Shown here: piece after piece, positions 1 through 7,662 of the stretch
Layout of the letters: each line of letters opens with the position of its first letter
Position numbering within the stretch: position 1 is the first letter of the stretch
Assembly: GCA_052390515.1 (NCBI GenBank)
Contig: JBQTGV010000114.1
Span: 1-33,924, forward strand
Length of the DNA: 33,924 bases
DNA from: Candidatus Eiseniibacteriota bacterium
Lineage (GTDB): Bacteria; ARS69
Direction of reading: 5' to 3'
Notes under the pieces: generated by a model
Database searches by the model: none
What the model was told of the DNA's origin: nothing
Seen by the model: the letters and a program-made list of their open reading frames with translations, nothing else
Made by a program: the position numbers and the translations under genes

Positions 1-846
1 GGCGCCGTTGTTGCCGACGCTGATCCCCGGAGCGGTGGACCGCGCGCCGAACCAGTGGTAGTCGAGCGCGTTCGCGCCCACGACCTCCTCGGAGTCGTCG
101 GCCGCGCTCACGAACGGGATCAGAGCGGCCGTCGGGCTCATGGCCAGATCGACCAGAGCAGAGGCGACCGCGAACTGCGCGGACTCCACGGTGAGCCCCC
201 CGCTCAACGCCGAGAGCGCCAGCGTGTACGGGGAAGCGGCGAGGTTCAGGCTGAGATCGCCGAACGTCGCCACGCCGGCCACCGCGTCCACCGTCGTCGT
301 CCCCCACAGCATGGCCGCGGGAACGCCGCCGCCCCGGCTCGGATCGGACCCCATGGCCACGGTGACCGGGCCGCTGAACCCGAGGACCGGATTGCCGAGG
401 ACGTCCTGCACTTCCGCCACCACGGCGAATTGCCGCCCGGCGACCGCGGCGCCGAGGGACGTCACCACGAGGGCCGTCGGATCGGAGGCGAGCACCGTGA
501 CGCCCGCCGATCCGGAGACGCCGGCGACCTCGGCCACGGTCGCGGTCAGCGTGGCGGTCCCCGGAGCGACGCCGGTGACGACGCCAGCGCCGGTGACGGT
601 CGCCACGCCGGTGTCGGAGGACGTGAAGTCGACCGTGACGTCGGAGACGGCGTTTCCGGCTCCGTCCTTGGGGGTGGCGGTCAGCTGCGCCGTGTGGCCG
701 ACGGTGACCTGGGCCGACGCCGGCGAGACATCGAGGGAGCTCACGTCCGGCCCCGGGTCGGTCGTCTCGTCGTCACCGCAGGAGGCCAGCAGCAGGGCAG
801 TGAGCAGCAGCGTGGGGCGCGCGAGTCGGGCACGCAGGTCGGGCAT
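1..846 (-). CDS. Lipoprotein with bacterial Ig-like (Big_2-type) domain(s); 3' end runs off the window
   Basis: Not in the ORF track because it has no stop in the window. Manual translation from ATG 846: MPDLRARLARPTLLLTALLLASCGDDETTDPGPDVSSLDVSPASAQVTVGHTAQLTATPKDGAGNAVSDVTVDFTSSDTGVATVTGAGVVTGVAPGTATLTAT. Lipobox LASC, Big_2-like 'SSDxxVATVxxxGVVTGVAPGTATLTAT', GAGGTG SD upstream, open to base 1. Confidence 0.85.
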   Translation of the reverse strand, partial: MPDLRARLARPTLLLTALLLASCGDDETTDPGPDVSSLDVSPASAQVTVGHTAQLTATPKDGAGNAVSDVTVDFTSSDTGVATVTGAGVVTGVAPGTATLTATVAEVAGVSGSAGVTVLASDPTALVVTSLGAAVAGRQFAVVAEVQDVLGNPVLGFSGPVTVAMGSDPSRGGGVPAAMLWGTTTVDAVAGVATFGDLSLNLAASPYTLALSALSGGLTVESAQFAVASALVDLAMSPTAALIPFVSAADDSEEVVGANALDYHWFGARSTAPGISVGNNGA

Positions 847-881
847 GAGGGTCACCTCGTCGTTCCGGGGTCGGGGGAGGC

Positions 882-911
882 ACACTAAACCACCGGGGGG
901 GGCGGAGCCAA
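882..911 (-). promoter_or_regulatory. Possible sigma70-type promoter for the Ig-like lipoprotein
   Basis: TTGGCT (911-906), N18, TAGTGT (887-882). Confidence 0.35.
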
Positions 912-926
912 GCCGGCGCCCGTGGC

Positions 927-1109
927 TCACTTGTCCGCCGTGTCTTCGTACTTCAAGGTGTCTCGCCCGTCCAGCCGGGCCAGCCGCAGCAGCGGGCTTC
1001 GCCGCGCGCCGCCCTGACCTTCGCCCTCGGTGCGGACCTCGTTCGCCGCCGGCCGAGGAGCATCCACCCGATCCTGGCCCGCGACACCTTTCTCGTCCCC
1101 TGCGTTCAT
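927..1109 (-). CDS. 60-aa peptide, candidate RiPP precursor
   Basis: ATG overlaps the radical SAM stop (ATGA, 1109-1106); perfect GGAGGT SD at 1121-1116, 6 nt upstream; sequence ends RRSPLLRLARLDGRDTLKYEDTADK. Confidence 0.75.
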   Translation of the reverse strand: MNAGDEKGVAGQDRVDAPRPAANEVRTEGEGQGGARRSPLLRLARLDGRDTLKYEDTADK

Positions 1110-3322
1110 GCGACCACCTCCGTCGTGACCTGCGCTCGGATCAGCCCGCCAGCGGCGAGCTCCTCGAGGAATCCCGTCACCATGTCGCGGTCCTCCGGAC
1201 CGTAGCGACGGACGATCTCCTGCACGGTACGCTCGCCGTCGCAGGTCTCCAACAGGTCGGCCGCATCAAGCGACAGGCAGTGTACCGCGCCCGTCTCCCG
1301 GTCCAGCGCGAGCATGCTCTCCGCGGGGCGGACGCGCGGCGCGTCCCGGTCCAGCCTCGCCGCGACCTCTCCGCTGATCAGGTCGAACTGGTATCGCGGC
1401 AGGACCAGTCCGTCCTGCGCGGCGTCCAGCGCGCGGTCGATCTGCTCGCGGTCGAACCGGGTGCGCAGGAGCGCCACGTCGGCGCGTCGCGGGCGCTCGG
1501 GCAATCCCGGCCGCTCTTCGCCCCGGGCGAAGGAGCCCTCGAGCAGCTTCGCCACGCTTCCCGCCTTCGCCAGGTACAGGAAGTAGTGCGACTTGAGCTC
1601 GTGGTAGAGCACGTTGCGGTTCTGGAACACCGGCATGTGGCTCTCCAACCGCTGCAGCATCTCGAGATACACCCGGCGCGCCTGCGCCCGCGACATGCCC
1701 TCGCTCGTCCGGAAGTCATAGTACACCTGCAGGTCCGCAAGCTCGTCGGGGAAGACCTCGGCGATGCCGTAGCGTTCCGGCGTCGTGAACATGTCCGACA
1801 TCTCGTCCAGGTAGAAGACCCGGATCGAGACCTCCTCGAAGTGCCGGCGGTTCTCCAGAAGAGTGCGAAGCGTGAGCCGCGCCTCCTCCTCCGTCTCGGT
1901 CGGGAACCCCACCATGACGTAGAGCGTCACCGAGATCCCGGCGTCGTGCACCCGGCGGATCACATCCATGCCGGGCCCGGGCTCCGATCCCTTGCACATG
2001 AGATCCAGCACCCGAGCGCTGGCCGACTCGTAGCCGAAGGCGAGACGCTTGCACCCCGCCTCGGCCAGCTTCTCGCAGGTGTCCACCGTGAAGACCGCGG
2101 GCTCGAGCTTCGCGTCGCACCACCAGTCGATGTCGAGCCCCGCCTCCAGCAGCGCCGCGGGAAGCTTGCGCACCATGTTCGGCGGCAGGTCCTCGATCGG
2201 GAAGTAGAAGTACCTCGAGCCCCATCGCTCCTGCAGGCGGCGAATGTCCGCCACCACGCGCTCGATCGACCGGCCCCTATAACCGGGGCCGATGACCTTG
2301 TACAGCGTGCAGAAGACGCACTTGCCCCAGTAGCAGCCGCGCGTGATCGCCAGCGGGATGACGAAGTCCGGCGAGAGGTACAGCTCGTGGGGAAGCCCCT
2401 CGAAGCTCGGCGTCGGCAGCGCGTCGATGGGCAGCGGCTCGATCTCCTCGGTGCGCCGCACCGTGCCGGTCTCGTCGCGGAAGAGGATGTTGGGAATCCG
2501 GGCGAGATCGGCGGCGCGGCTTCCCCCCTCCGCCGCGTGACAGATCTCCGCCAGCGCGCGTTCGCCCTCCAGGCGCACCAGCGTGTCGATGGTGTCGAAC
2601 AGGTCCGGGCGATGGACGAGCTTCGGACCTACGTAGGCGACGAGGCCGCCGCCCATCGTGATGTGCGTCTCCCTCTTCCACGCCTTGATCATCGAGGCCA
2701 GCGCCACCGAGGGAATCACCTGGCTCGTGAACGTGAGGGAGATGCCGACGACGTCCGGGTCGAGCGCGCGGATGCGGGGCAGCGTCACCTCGCGGAAGAA
2801 GTCGAGGAACGGGTTCTCGCGCTCGTCCCGCGCTCCGGCCAGGATGTCATCGGTCGACTGGACGGAGTGGCGCATGGAGAAACCGTGAGCGGAGAGGTCG
2901 GTAGGGTGGCGCGCGGCGGAGATCATGGCAAGCGCCTGCTCGATCACCCGCCCGGCCCGAAGGTACCTCTCGCGGTCGTAGAAGCCCTCGGGCGAACGGA
3001 GCGTGCCCTTCGCCATCTCGACGTTGTCGATCACCCACTCCCCGGCGGCCAGCACCTGCGTGAGCCGCCGGTAGTCCACCATGTCGGTGTACCGCAGCGC
3101 CTCCTGCCGCTCGAGTCGAGCGAGCCGTCCGGAGGCCTTCAGTGAATCGAACGCCCGCTGCAGGCGGTCGCGGCTCAGGAACCACTCGTAGGCCTCGACG
3201 CTCGCATCCATCACGTGCACGTCGTCGAAGCCCTGCTCCTCCAGGTACGCCCGCAGGGAGGGCACGGCGAGGAACGGCTGCGTGAAGTGGCCCTGCGGCG
3301 GGAAGATCAGCAGGATCCTCAT
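1106..3322 (-). CDS. Cobalamin-binding radical SAM enzyme (class B methyltransferase-like) with C-terminal PqqD/RRE-like domain, 738 aa
   Basis: Real start is MRILLIFPPQGHFTQPFLAVPSLRAYL at 3322 (ATGA overlap with upstream stop, GGAGGAGG SD). B12-binding segments PDVVGISLTFTSQ and HITMGG; Fe-S motif RGCYWGKCVFC; GYESASARVLDLMCKG; MVGFPTET; C-terminus LALDRETGAVHCLSLDAADLLETCDGERTVQEIV...FLEELAAGGLI. Confidence 0.92.
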   Translation of the reverse strand: MRILLIFPPQGHFTQPFLAVPSLRAYLEEQGFDDVHVMDASVEAYEWFLSRDRLQRAFDSLKASGRLARLERQEALRYTDMVDYRRLTQVLAAGEWVIDNVEMAKGTLRSPEGFYDRERYLRAGRVIEQALAMISAARHPTDLSAHGFSMRHSVQSTDDILAGARDERENPFLDFFREVTLPRIRALDPDVVGISLTFTSQVIPSVALASMIKAWKRETHITMGGGLVAYVGPKLVHRPDLFDTIDTLVRLEGERALAEICHAAEGGSRAADLARIPNILFRDETGTVRRTEEIEPLPIDALPTPSFEGLPHELYLSPDFVIPLAITRGCYWGKCVFCTLYKVIGPGYRGRSIERVVADIRRLQERWGSRYFYFPIEDLPPNMVRKLPAALLEAGLDIDWWCDAKLEPAVFTVDTCEKLAEAGCKRLAFGYESASARVLDLMCKGSEPGPGMDVIRRVHDAGISVTLYVMVGFPTETEEEARLTLRTLLENRRHFEEVSIRVFYLDEMSDMFTTPERYGIAEVFPDELADLQVYYDFRTSEGMSRAQARRVYLEMLQRLESHMPVFQNRNVLYHELKSHYFLYLAKAGSVAKLLEGSFARGEERPGLPERPRRADVALLRTRFDREQIDRALDAAQDGLVLPRYQFDLISGEVAARLDRDAPRVRPAESMLALDRETGAVHCLSLDAADLLETCDGERTVQEIVRRYGPEDRDMVTGFLEELAAGGLIRAQVTTEVVA

Positions 3323-5028
3323 CCACCCTCCTCCGGTTCGCGGATGACGACGCGCCGGTCGGCATCGACGTCCCCGAGCTCCGAGACGGCGCCGCCGGTC
3401 CAGCGCACGCGGACGCGGTCGACACGATCCACCGGTCCGAGTCCGAAGTGCACCACGGGATCGTTCGACGAGTAGATGCCCTGGTTGGGGATTTTCCACG
3501 AGGTCCGCGTCCGCCCGCCGGCCTCGACCTCCACCCGCGCTCCGTACGCATCGCGCGGGCTGCGCGTCCCCTGCAGCTCGACGGCGAGCCACCGCCCGCG
3601 GCGCTCGCTCCGGTTCTCCAGGACCTGCGGCGGACGATCCATGTCGATGACGATGAGATCCACGTCGCCGTCCGCGTCGGGGTCCCCGAACACCGTGGCA
3701 CGGCTGGATTCCACGATTGCCAGCGGCGAGCCCGCCGGCGCTTCCCAGAGGGCGAACGCCGGTGCGCCGCTCTTCGCCCCGTCGCGCAGGAACAGGTGGT
3801 TCGCCATCCTCCACGGGCTCATGCCGATCTGCTCGCACTGCGGGATCACGTGGCCGTTGGCGACGAACAGATCCAGGTCGCCGTCCAGCTCCGCGTCGAA
3901 GAAGCCGCATCCCCAGCCCAGGCGGTTCAAGTTGGGCGCGTTCAGCCCCGCTGCATCCGCGGCCTCCGTGAAGAATCCGCGCCCGTCGTTGAGCCGGAGG
4001 TTGTTCGGCTCGAAGTCGAAGTTCGTCACGAACGCGTCCAGGTCCCCGTCGTCGTCGACGTCCGCGACCGCGAGCCCCATGCTGGAGAGCACCTTGCCGT
4101 CCGCGCCGCGCGCGAAGCCGCGCGCTTCGCCCTCCTCGACGAAGAACCCGTCCCCGCGGTTCACGAAGAGCTGGCTCGGCTGCTTGTCGTTGGTGACGAG
4201 CAGGTCCTGCCAACCGTCGCCGTCCACGTCGCAGAAGACCGCCGAGTACGAGCACAGCGCCTTCTCCAGCGCGAAACCGCGCTCCGCGGTGGCCTCGGTG
4301 AAGAAGCCTCCGCCGTCGTTCAGGTAGAAGACGTCGGGCGCGCCGGGGTTGATGCCGGGGTTCTCGCCCTCGGGCCCATAGCCGACCTGGACGCCGTCGA
4401 ACGTGGGGATGCGGCCTCCGTCCGGCGGGTTCTCGGGATCGAACTCGACGTAGCACGGCACGTAGAGGTCGAGGTCGCCGTCCCGGTCGACGTCACCGAA
4501 CGCGGCGCCGGTGCTCCAGCCGGGGTGGCCGAGGCCGCGCTCGGTGGTGGCGTCGCGGAACGTCCCGTCACCCTCATTCAGCCAGAGCCGGTCGGGTCCG
4601 AGGTTCGCCACGTACAGGTCGGGATCGCCGTCGCTCTCGACGTCCGCCACGGCGACGCCGTTCCCCCAATCGCCCTCGGCACAGCCGGCCTCCTCGGTCA
4701 CGTCGGTGAAGCGCCACACGCCGTCGTTGCGGTAGAGGCGATCGCTCGCGTCCGGGAGAAAGCGGAGGCGCGTGCGACCCTCCAGGTACTCCAGGCCGTT
4801 CCCGTTCACGACGTAGAGATCGAGGTCGCCGTCGAGGTCGTAGTCGAGCCAGGCCGCGCCCGTACCGTTGCTCTCGGGAATGAACCATCGGGGATCCGCG
4901 CCGCAACGGTTCACGACCGTGATGCCAGCGTCCGCCGAACGGTCGGCGAAGTCGACCGCCAAGGCTGGCGCCGCCGCGGACGCGCCGGCGACGATCAGCG
5001 GACACACGATGGGAAGCAGGGCGCGCAC
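3319..5028 (-). CDS. Secreted CRTAC1-family protein: FG-GAP/VCBS repeats plus C-terminal ASPIC/UnbV domain, 569 aa
   Basis: GTG start at 5028 with AGGAG SD; signal peptide; repeated DxDxDGDxD Ca-binding motifs (DYDLDGDLDLY, DVDRDGDLDLY, DVDGDGWQDL, DVDDDGDLD); C-terminal WLAVELQG..SPRDAYGARVEV..VHFGLG..VRVRWTGG. Confidence 0.9.
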   Translation of the reverse strand: MRALLPIVCPLIVAGASAAAPALAVDFADRSADAGITVVNRCGADPRWFIPESNGTGAAWLDYDLDGDLDLYVVNGNGLEYLEGRTRLRFLPDASDRLYRNDGVWRFTDVTEEAGCAEGDWGNGVAVADVESDGDPDLYVANLGPDRLWLNEGDGTFRDATTERGLGHPGWSTGAAFGDVDRDGDLDLYVPCYVEFDPENPPDGGRIPTFDGVQVGYGPEGENPGINPGAPDVFYLNDGGGFFTEATAERGFALEKALCSYSAVFCDVDGDGWQDLLVTNDKQPSQLFVNRGDGFFVEEGEARGFARGADGKVLSSMGLAVADVDDDGDLDAFVTNFDFEPNNLRLNDGRGFFTEAADAAGLNAPNLNRLGWGCGFFDAELDGDLDLFVANGHVIPQCEQIGMSPWRMANHLFLRDGAKSGAPAFALWEAPAGSPLAIVESSRATVFGDPDADGDVDLIVIDMDRPPQVLENRSERRGRWLAVELQGTRSPRDAYGARVEVEAGGRTRTSWKIPNQGIYSSNDPVVHFGLGPVDRVDRVRVRWTGGAVSELGDVDADRRVVIREPEEGG

Positions 5029-5053
5029 TGCAGCTGTCTCCTGTCGGGCGCGA

Positions 5054-5082
5054 ATCCTAACGGCGAAAGGTCGAGCCCGCAA
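5054..5082 (-). promoter_or_regulatory. Sigma70-type promoter for the CRTAC1 / radical SAM / peptide operon
   Basis: TTGCGG (5082-5077), N17, TAGGAT (5059-5054), just downstream of a terminator. Confidence 0.6.
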
Positions 5083-5113
5083 GACGTACAGGCGACGGTG
5101 CGGTGCGGCGGGT

Positions 5114-5149
5114 AAAGACGCGGAGCCCGGGTGCGTGACCCGGGCTCCG
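5114..5149 (-). terminator. Intrinsic terminator after the CHRD gene
   Basis: Perfect 12-bp stem CGGAGCCCGGGT (5121-5132) / ACCCGGGCTCCG (5138-5149), followed on the minus strand by CGTCTTT. Confidence 0.7.
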
Positions 5150-5174
5150 GTGCGATCGAGCAGCAGCGAACGGA

Positions 5175-5651
5175 TCAGTCCGCGTACTGAGCCTTCACTC
5201 TCCCCCAGGGAGTTCCCTCCACTGAGACGGTGCAGCCGCCGGCCAGGATCTGCCCGCGGATCTCGCCGCCGGGATACAACGAGGTGTGGATGTTCACGTA
5301 GAGGAGTCCGCCGGTCAGATAGCCGAGCTGAGTGGCGTTCAACGGACCGAAGACGCCGACTTTCGGACTCCCGAGAGCGAACGGAAAGATGATTCCCGCG
5401 TTCACACCCGGAGCCGCCGGGCCGTGGATGTGCGCCGCGGTCTCCGGTGCGAGGAGCCCGCCGAAGGTCACGTTGTAGCTCAGCGTGTTGTCCGGGTTCA
5501 GGACGAAGCAGCCGAGCCCTGTCCCGAGACTCGGTCTCGGCGGAACTTCCTGCGTGCCATCGATGATGGCATTGTAGTTCTGGGCCGCGGCGGGTACCGC
5601 GATCAGCAGGGCGCAAGCAAGCACGACGGGGAGCGGTAGCGTGCGTCGCAT
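5175..5651 (-). CDS. Secreted CHRD-domain protein with C-terminal WGxxKxxY tail, 158 aa
   Basis: ATG 5651 with GGAGGT SD; signal peptide; CHRD motifs GTQEVPP, TAAHIHGPA, LYVNIHTSLYPGGEIRGQI; ends VEGTPWGRVKAQYAD. Confidence 0.9.
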   Translation of the reverse strand: MRRTLPLPVVLACALLIAVPAAAQNYNAIIDGTQEVPPRPSLGTGLGCFVLNPDNTLSYNVTFGGLLAPETAAHIHGPAAPGVNAGIIFPFALGSPKVGVFGPLNATQLGYLTGGLLYVNIHTSLYPGGEIRGQILAGGCTVSVEGTPWGRVKAQYAD

Positions 5652-5832
5652 AGACAACCTCCGTAGAAGGGTGCGCAGCTGAATGCGCGGAAGACTTCGG
5701 AGAGAGAGGGGCTCCCTTCGCGCGCGGGCATCGTAGCGCGTGAGGGGCGGCGAGTTCCAGTGCGTCGTGCCGTTCCGGGGACGCTCGACCGTGATTCCGG
5801 CAACGCACGGTCCGCTTTCCGCCGGGCGGCGG

Positions 5833-7098
5833 TCACGGCCCGGCCGGCGGCCTGCCGGTGATGAGCCTCGCCCCGCGGCGAAACGTGACGTACGACCACG
5901 CCCACTGGATCAGAACGAGGAGCCGGTTGCGAAAGCCGATCAGGAAGTACAGGTGGATGACCAGCCAGGCGAGCCACGCGGGCGCGCCCCAGAGCCGTCC
6001 TCCCCCGCGCAGCCGCCCCACCGCGGCGTGGCGCCCGATCGTCGCGAACTCGCCCTTGTCGAGCCAGTGGAACGGCACGAGCGGCCGGCCGCGAAACGCG
6101 CGAAGCACGTTGCGCGCGGCGTGCCGCCCTTCCTGGATCGCCGCGGGGCACGTTCCCGGGACGGGTGTGCCGTCCTGCTCCCGCGCGGCGAGGTCCCCGA
6201 CGACGAACACGTCCGATCGGCCGGGAACGGTCAGCTCCGGCGTGACCAGGACGCGGCCGGCCCGGTCGAGCGGCACCCCGAGCGTCCGCGCGAGCGGCGA
6301 CGCTTGCACGCCCGCCGCCCAGACCACCGTACGCGCGGCGATGCGCTCGCCCTGCGCGATGACCCCCTGCTCGTCGATCGCGGTGACCAGAGCGCCGGTG
6401 CGTACTTCCGCTCCGAGAGCTTCGAGCTGCCGGCGCGCACGCGCCGACAGATCCGGCGGATAGAGCGGCAGCACGCGGTCCTGGCCCTCGAGCAGCACGA
6501 CCCGCGCCTCGTTCGGGTCGATGTTGCGGAACTCCCGCACCATGGCGTGGTGCGCGATCTCGCAGAACGCCCCGGCCATCTCCACTCCGGTCGGTCCGGC
6601 GCCGACGAGGACGAACGTCATCCAGGCGGCGCGTGCCGCAGGGTCGCTCTCGCGCTCGGCCCGCTCGTAGGCCAGGAACACGCGCCCGCGGATCTCGAGC
6701 GCGTCCTCGATGCTCTTGAGTCCCGGCGCGACGGAGCGCCAGTCCTCGTGGCCGAAGTACGAGTGCGTCGCGCCCGTGGCGACGATCACCCAGTCGTAGG
6801 GGACTTCGGCGTCGGAGAGCAGGACGCGCTTCCTCTCCACGTCCACCGCGACCGCCTCGCCCAGGACGACGGAGACGTCGCCGCCGCGCAGGATGGAGCG
6901 GATCGGCGCAGCGATGTCCGCGGGGTTGAGCCCGGCGGTCGCCACTTGATAGAGCAGCGGCTGGAACAGGTGATGGTTCCTGCGGTCGATCACGGTGATT
7001 CGCACGGGTGCCTTGCGGAGGATCTTCGCGGCGTAGAGGCCGGCGAAGCCCGCACCGACGATCACGACGTGGGGTCTCGCGTCCATGCCGGAGAACAT
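5833..7098 (-). CDS. ndh: Type II NADH:quinone oxidoreductase (FAD-dependent)
   Basis: VVIVGAGFAGL, HHLFQPLLYQVATAGL, APGLKSIEDALEIR, VGAGPTGVEMAG, VWAAGV, WLAWLVIHLYFLIGFRNRL. The start may be ATG 7086. Confidence 0.92.
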   Translation of the reverse strand: MFSGMDARPHVVIVGAGFAGLYAAKILRKAPVRITVIDRRNHHLFQPLLYQVATAGLNPADIAAPIRSILRGGDVSVVLGEAVAVDVERKRVLLSDAEVPYDWVIVATGATHSYFGHEDWRSVAPGLKSIEDALEIRGRVFLAYERAERESDPAARAAWMTFVLVGAGPTGVEMAGAFCEIAHHAMVREFRNIDPNEARVVLLEGQDRVLPLYPPDLSARARRQLEALGAEVRTGALVTAIDEQGVIAQGERIAARTVVWAAGVQASPLARTLGVPLDRAGRVLVTPELTVPGRSDVFVVGDLAAREQDGTPVPGTCPAAIQEGRHAARNVLRAFRGRPLVPFHWLDKGEFATIGRHAAVGRLRGGGRLWGAPAWLAWLVIHLYFLIGFRNRLLVLIQWAWSYVTFRRGARLITGRPPAGP

Positions 7099-7303
7099 CG
7101 CGGATGCGGACCCCGTCGAGCAAGGGGGCTCCGGGAGGCTTCAATCGGGAAGCTCGCGATGCCGCCTCTCCAGGCAGCCCCGGAGGAGGGAATCATGCGC
7201 CGGATGGTACGTTGCGAAGACCGGCGCCTTCCTGAGAGCCGGTGGCGGGAACTAGGCCGAACCCTTAGGATGCCCGGACAACCGCGGAGACGGGAGTCCC
7301 GGC

Positions 7304-7525
7304 ATGAAGCTCTTGATGATCGTGGGTCTGATCCTCGTCGCCATCGGGCTCGCCGGTCTCCTCTGGGGCGGATTCAGCTACACGAAGAGCCGGGAGACCG
7401 CGGACCTGGGTCTCTTCGAGTTCAGCGTGGAGGAGAAGGAACACCTGGCCATCCACCCCGCGGTGGGGGCCGTGGTGCTCGTGGCGGGCGCGGTCATCGT
7501 GTTCGCCGCGTTACGGCGCAGGTAG
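7304..7525 (+). CDS. Small two-TM membrane protein (DUF3185-like), 73 aa
   Basis: GGGAG SD; two hydrophobic helices flanking GGFSYTKSRETADLGLFEFSVEEKE; basic C-terminus. Confidence 0.8.
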   Translation: MKLLMIVGLILVAIGLAGLLWGGFSYTKSRETADLGLFEFSVEEKEHLAIHPAVGAVVLVAGAVIVFAALRRR

Positions 7526-7554
7526 ACCTCGGCGGATACCGCCAAGGCCCTCTC

Positions 7555-7584
7555 TTGACGCACGGTGCTCTCCGTGGGTAGCGT
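7555..7584 (+). promoter_or_regulatory. Possible sigma70-type promoter for the 8-repeat protein
   Basis: TTGACG, N18, TAGCGT; the leader has a 9-bp inverted repeat GGAGGACCC (7608-7616) / GGGTCCTCC (7631-7639). Confidence 0.45.
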
Positions 7585-7662
7585 GGATGACCTCGGCGAG
7601 CGGCGAGGGAGGACCCCACCGTGGTGTCGTGGGTCCTCCGTCGAAACGCCAGAGGTGCCATC

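Noticed and set aside
885-929. Selenocysteine read-through of the peptide's TGA (would add U-ATGAGLAPPPPVV before TAG), prompted by selC and a hairpin starting at the stop
   Set aside because: The hairpin loop is closer to the UGA than typical bacterial SECIS spacing, such folds arise easily at this GC content, and the extension is low-complexity. Cys or conserved TGA plus extension in homologs would revive the idea.
3323-4456. N-terminal extension making the radical SAM a 1116-aa fusion
   Set aside because: It overlaps the CRTAC1 gene in another frame; the SD and ATGA overlap place the start at 3322. The track's extensions of lepA, lepB, galE and the HD gene fail for similar reasons.
55-5115. 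Long + strand ORFs (55-888, 140-3145, 3448-5115) and similar long ORFs such as 12832-15144, 18261-20480, 21923-24106 and 29177-31291
   Set aside because: Antisense or off-frame shadows of well-supported genes; Arg/Pro/Ala-rich with no motifs, as expected in high-GC DNA.
7181-7581. Strong GGAGGAGG SD with ATG at 7194 opening MRRMVRCEDRRLPESRW...
   Set aside because: The frame overlaps the convincing 73-aa membrane gene and has shadow-like composition; a regulatory uORF cannot be excluded but has no other support.
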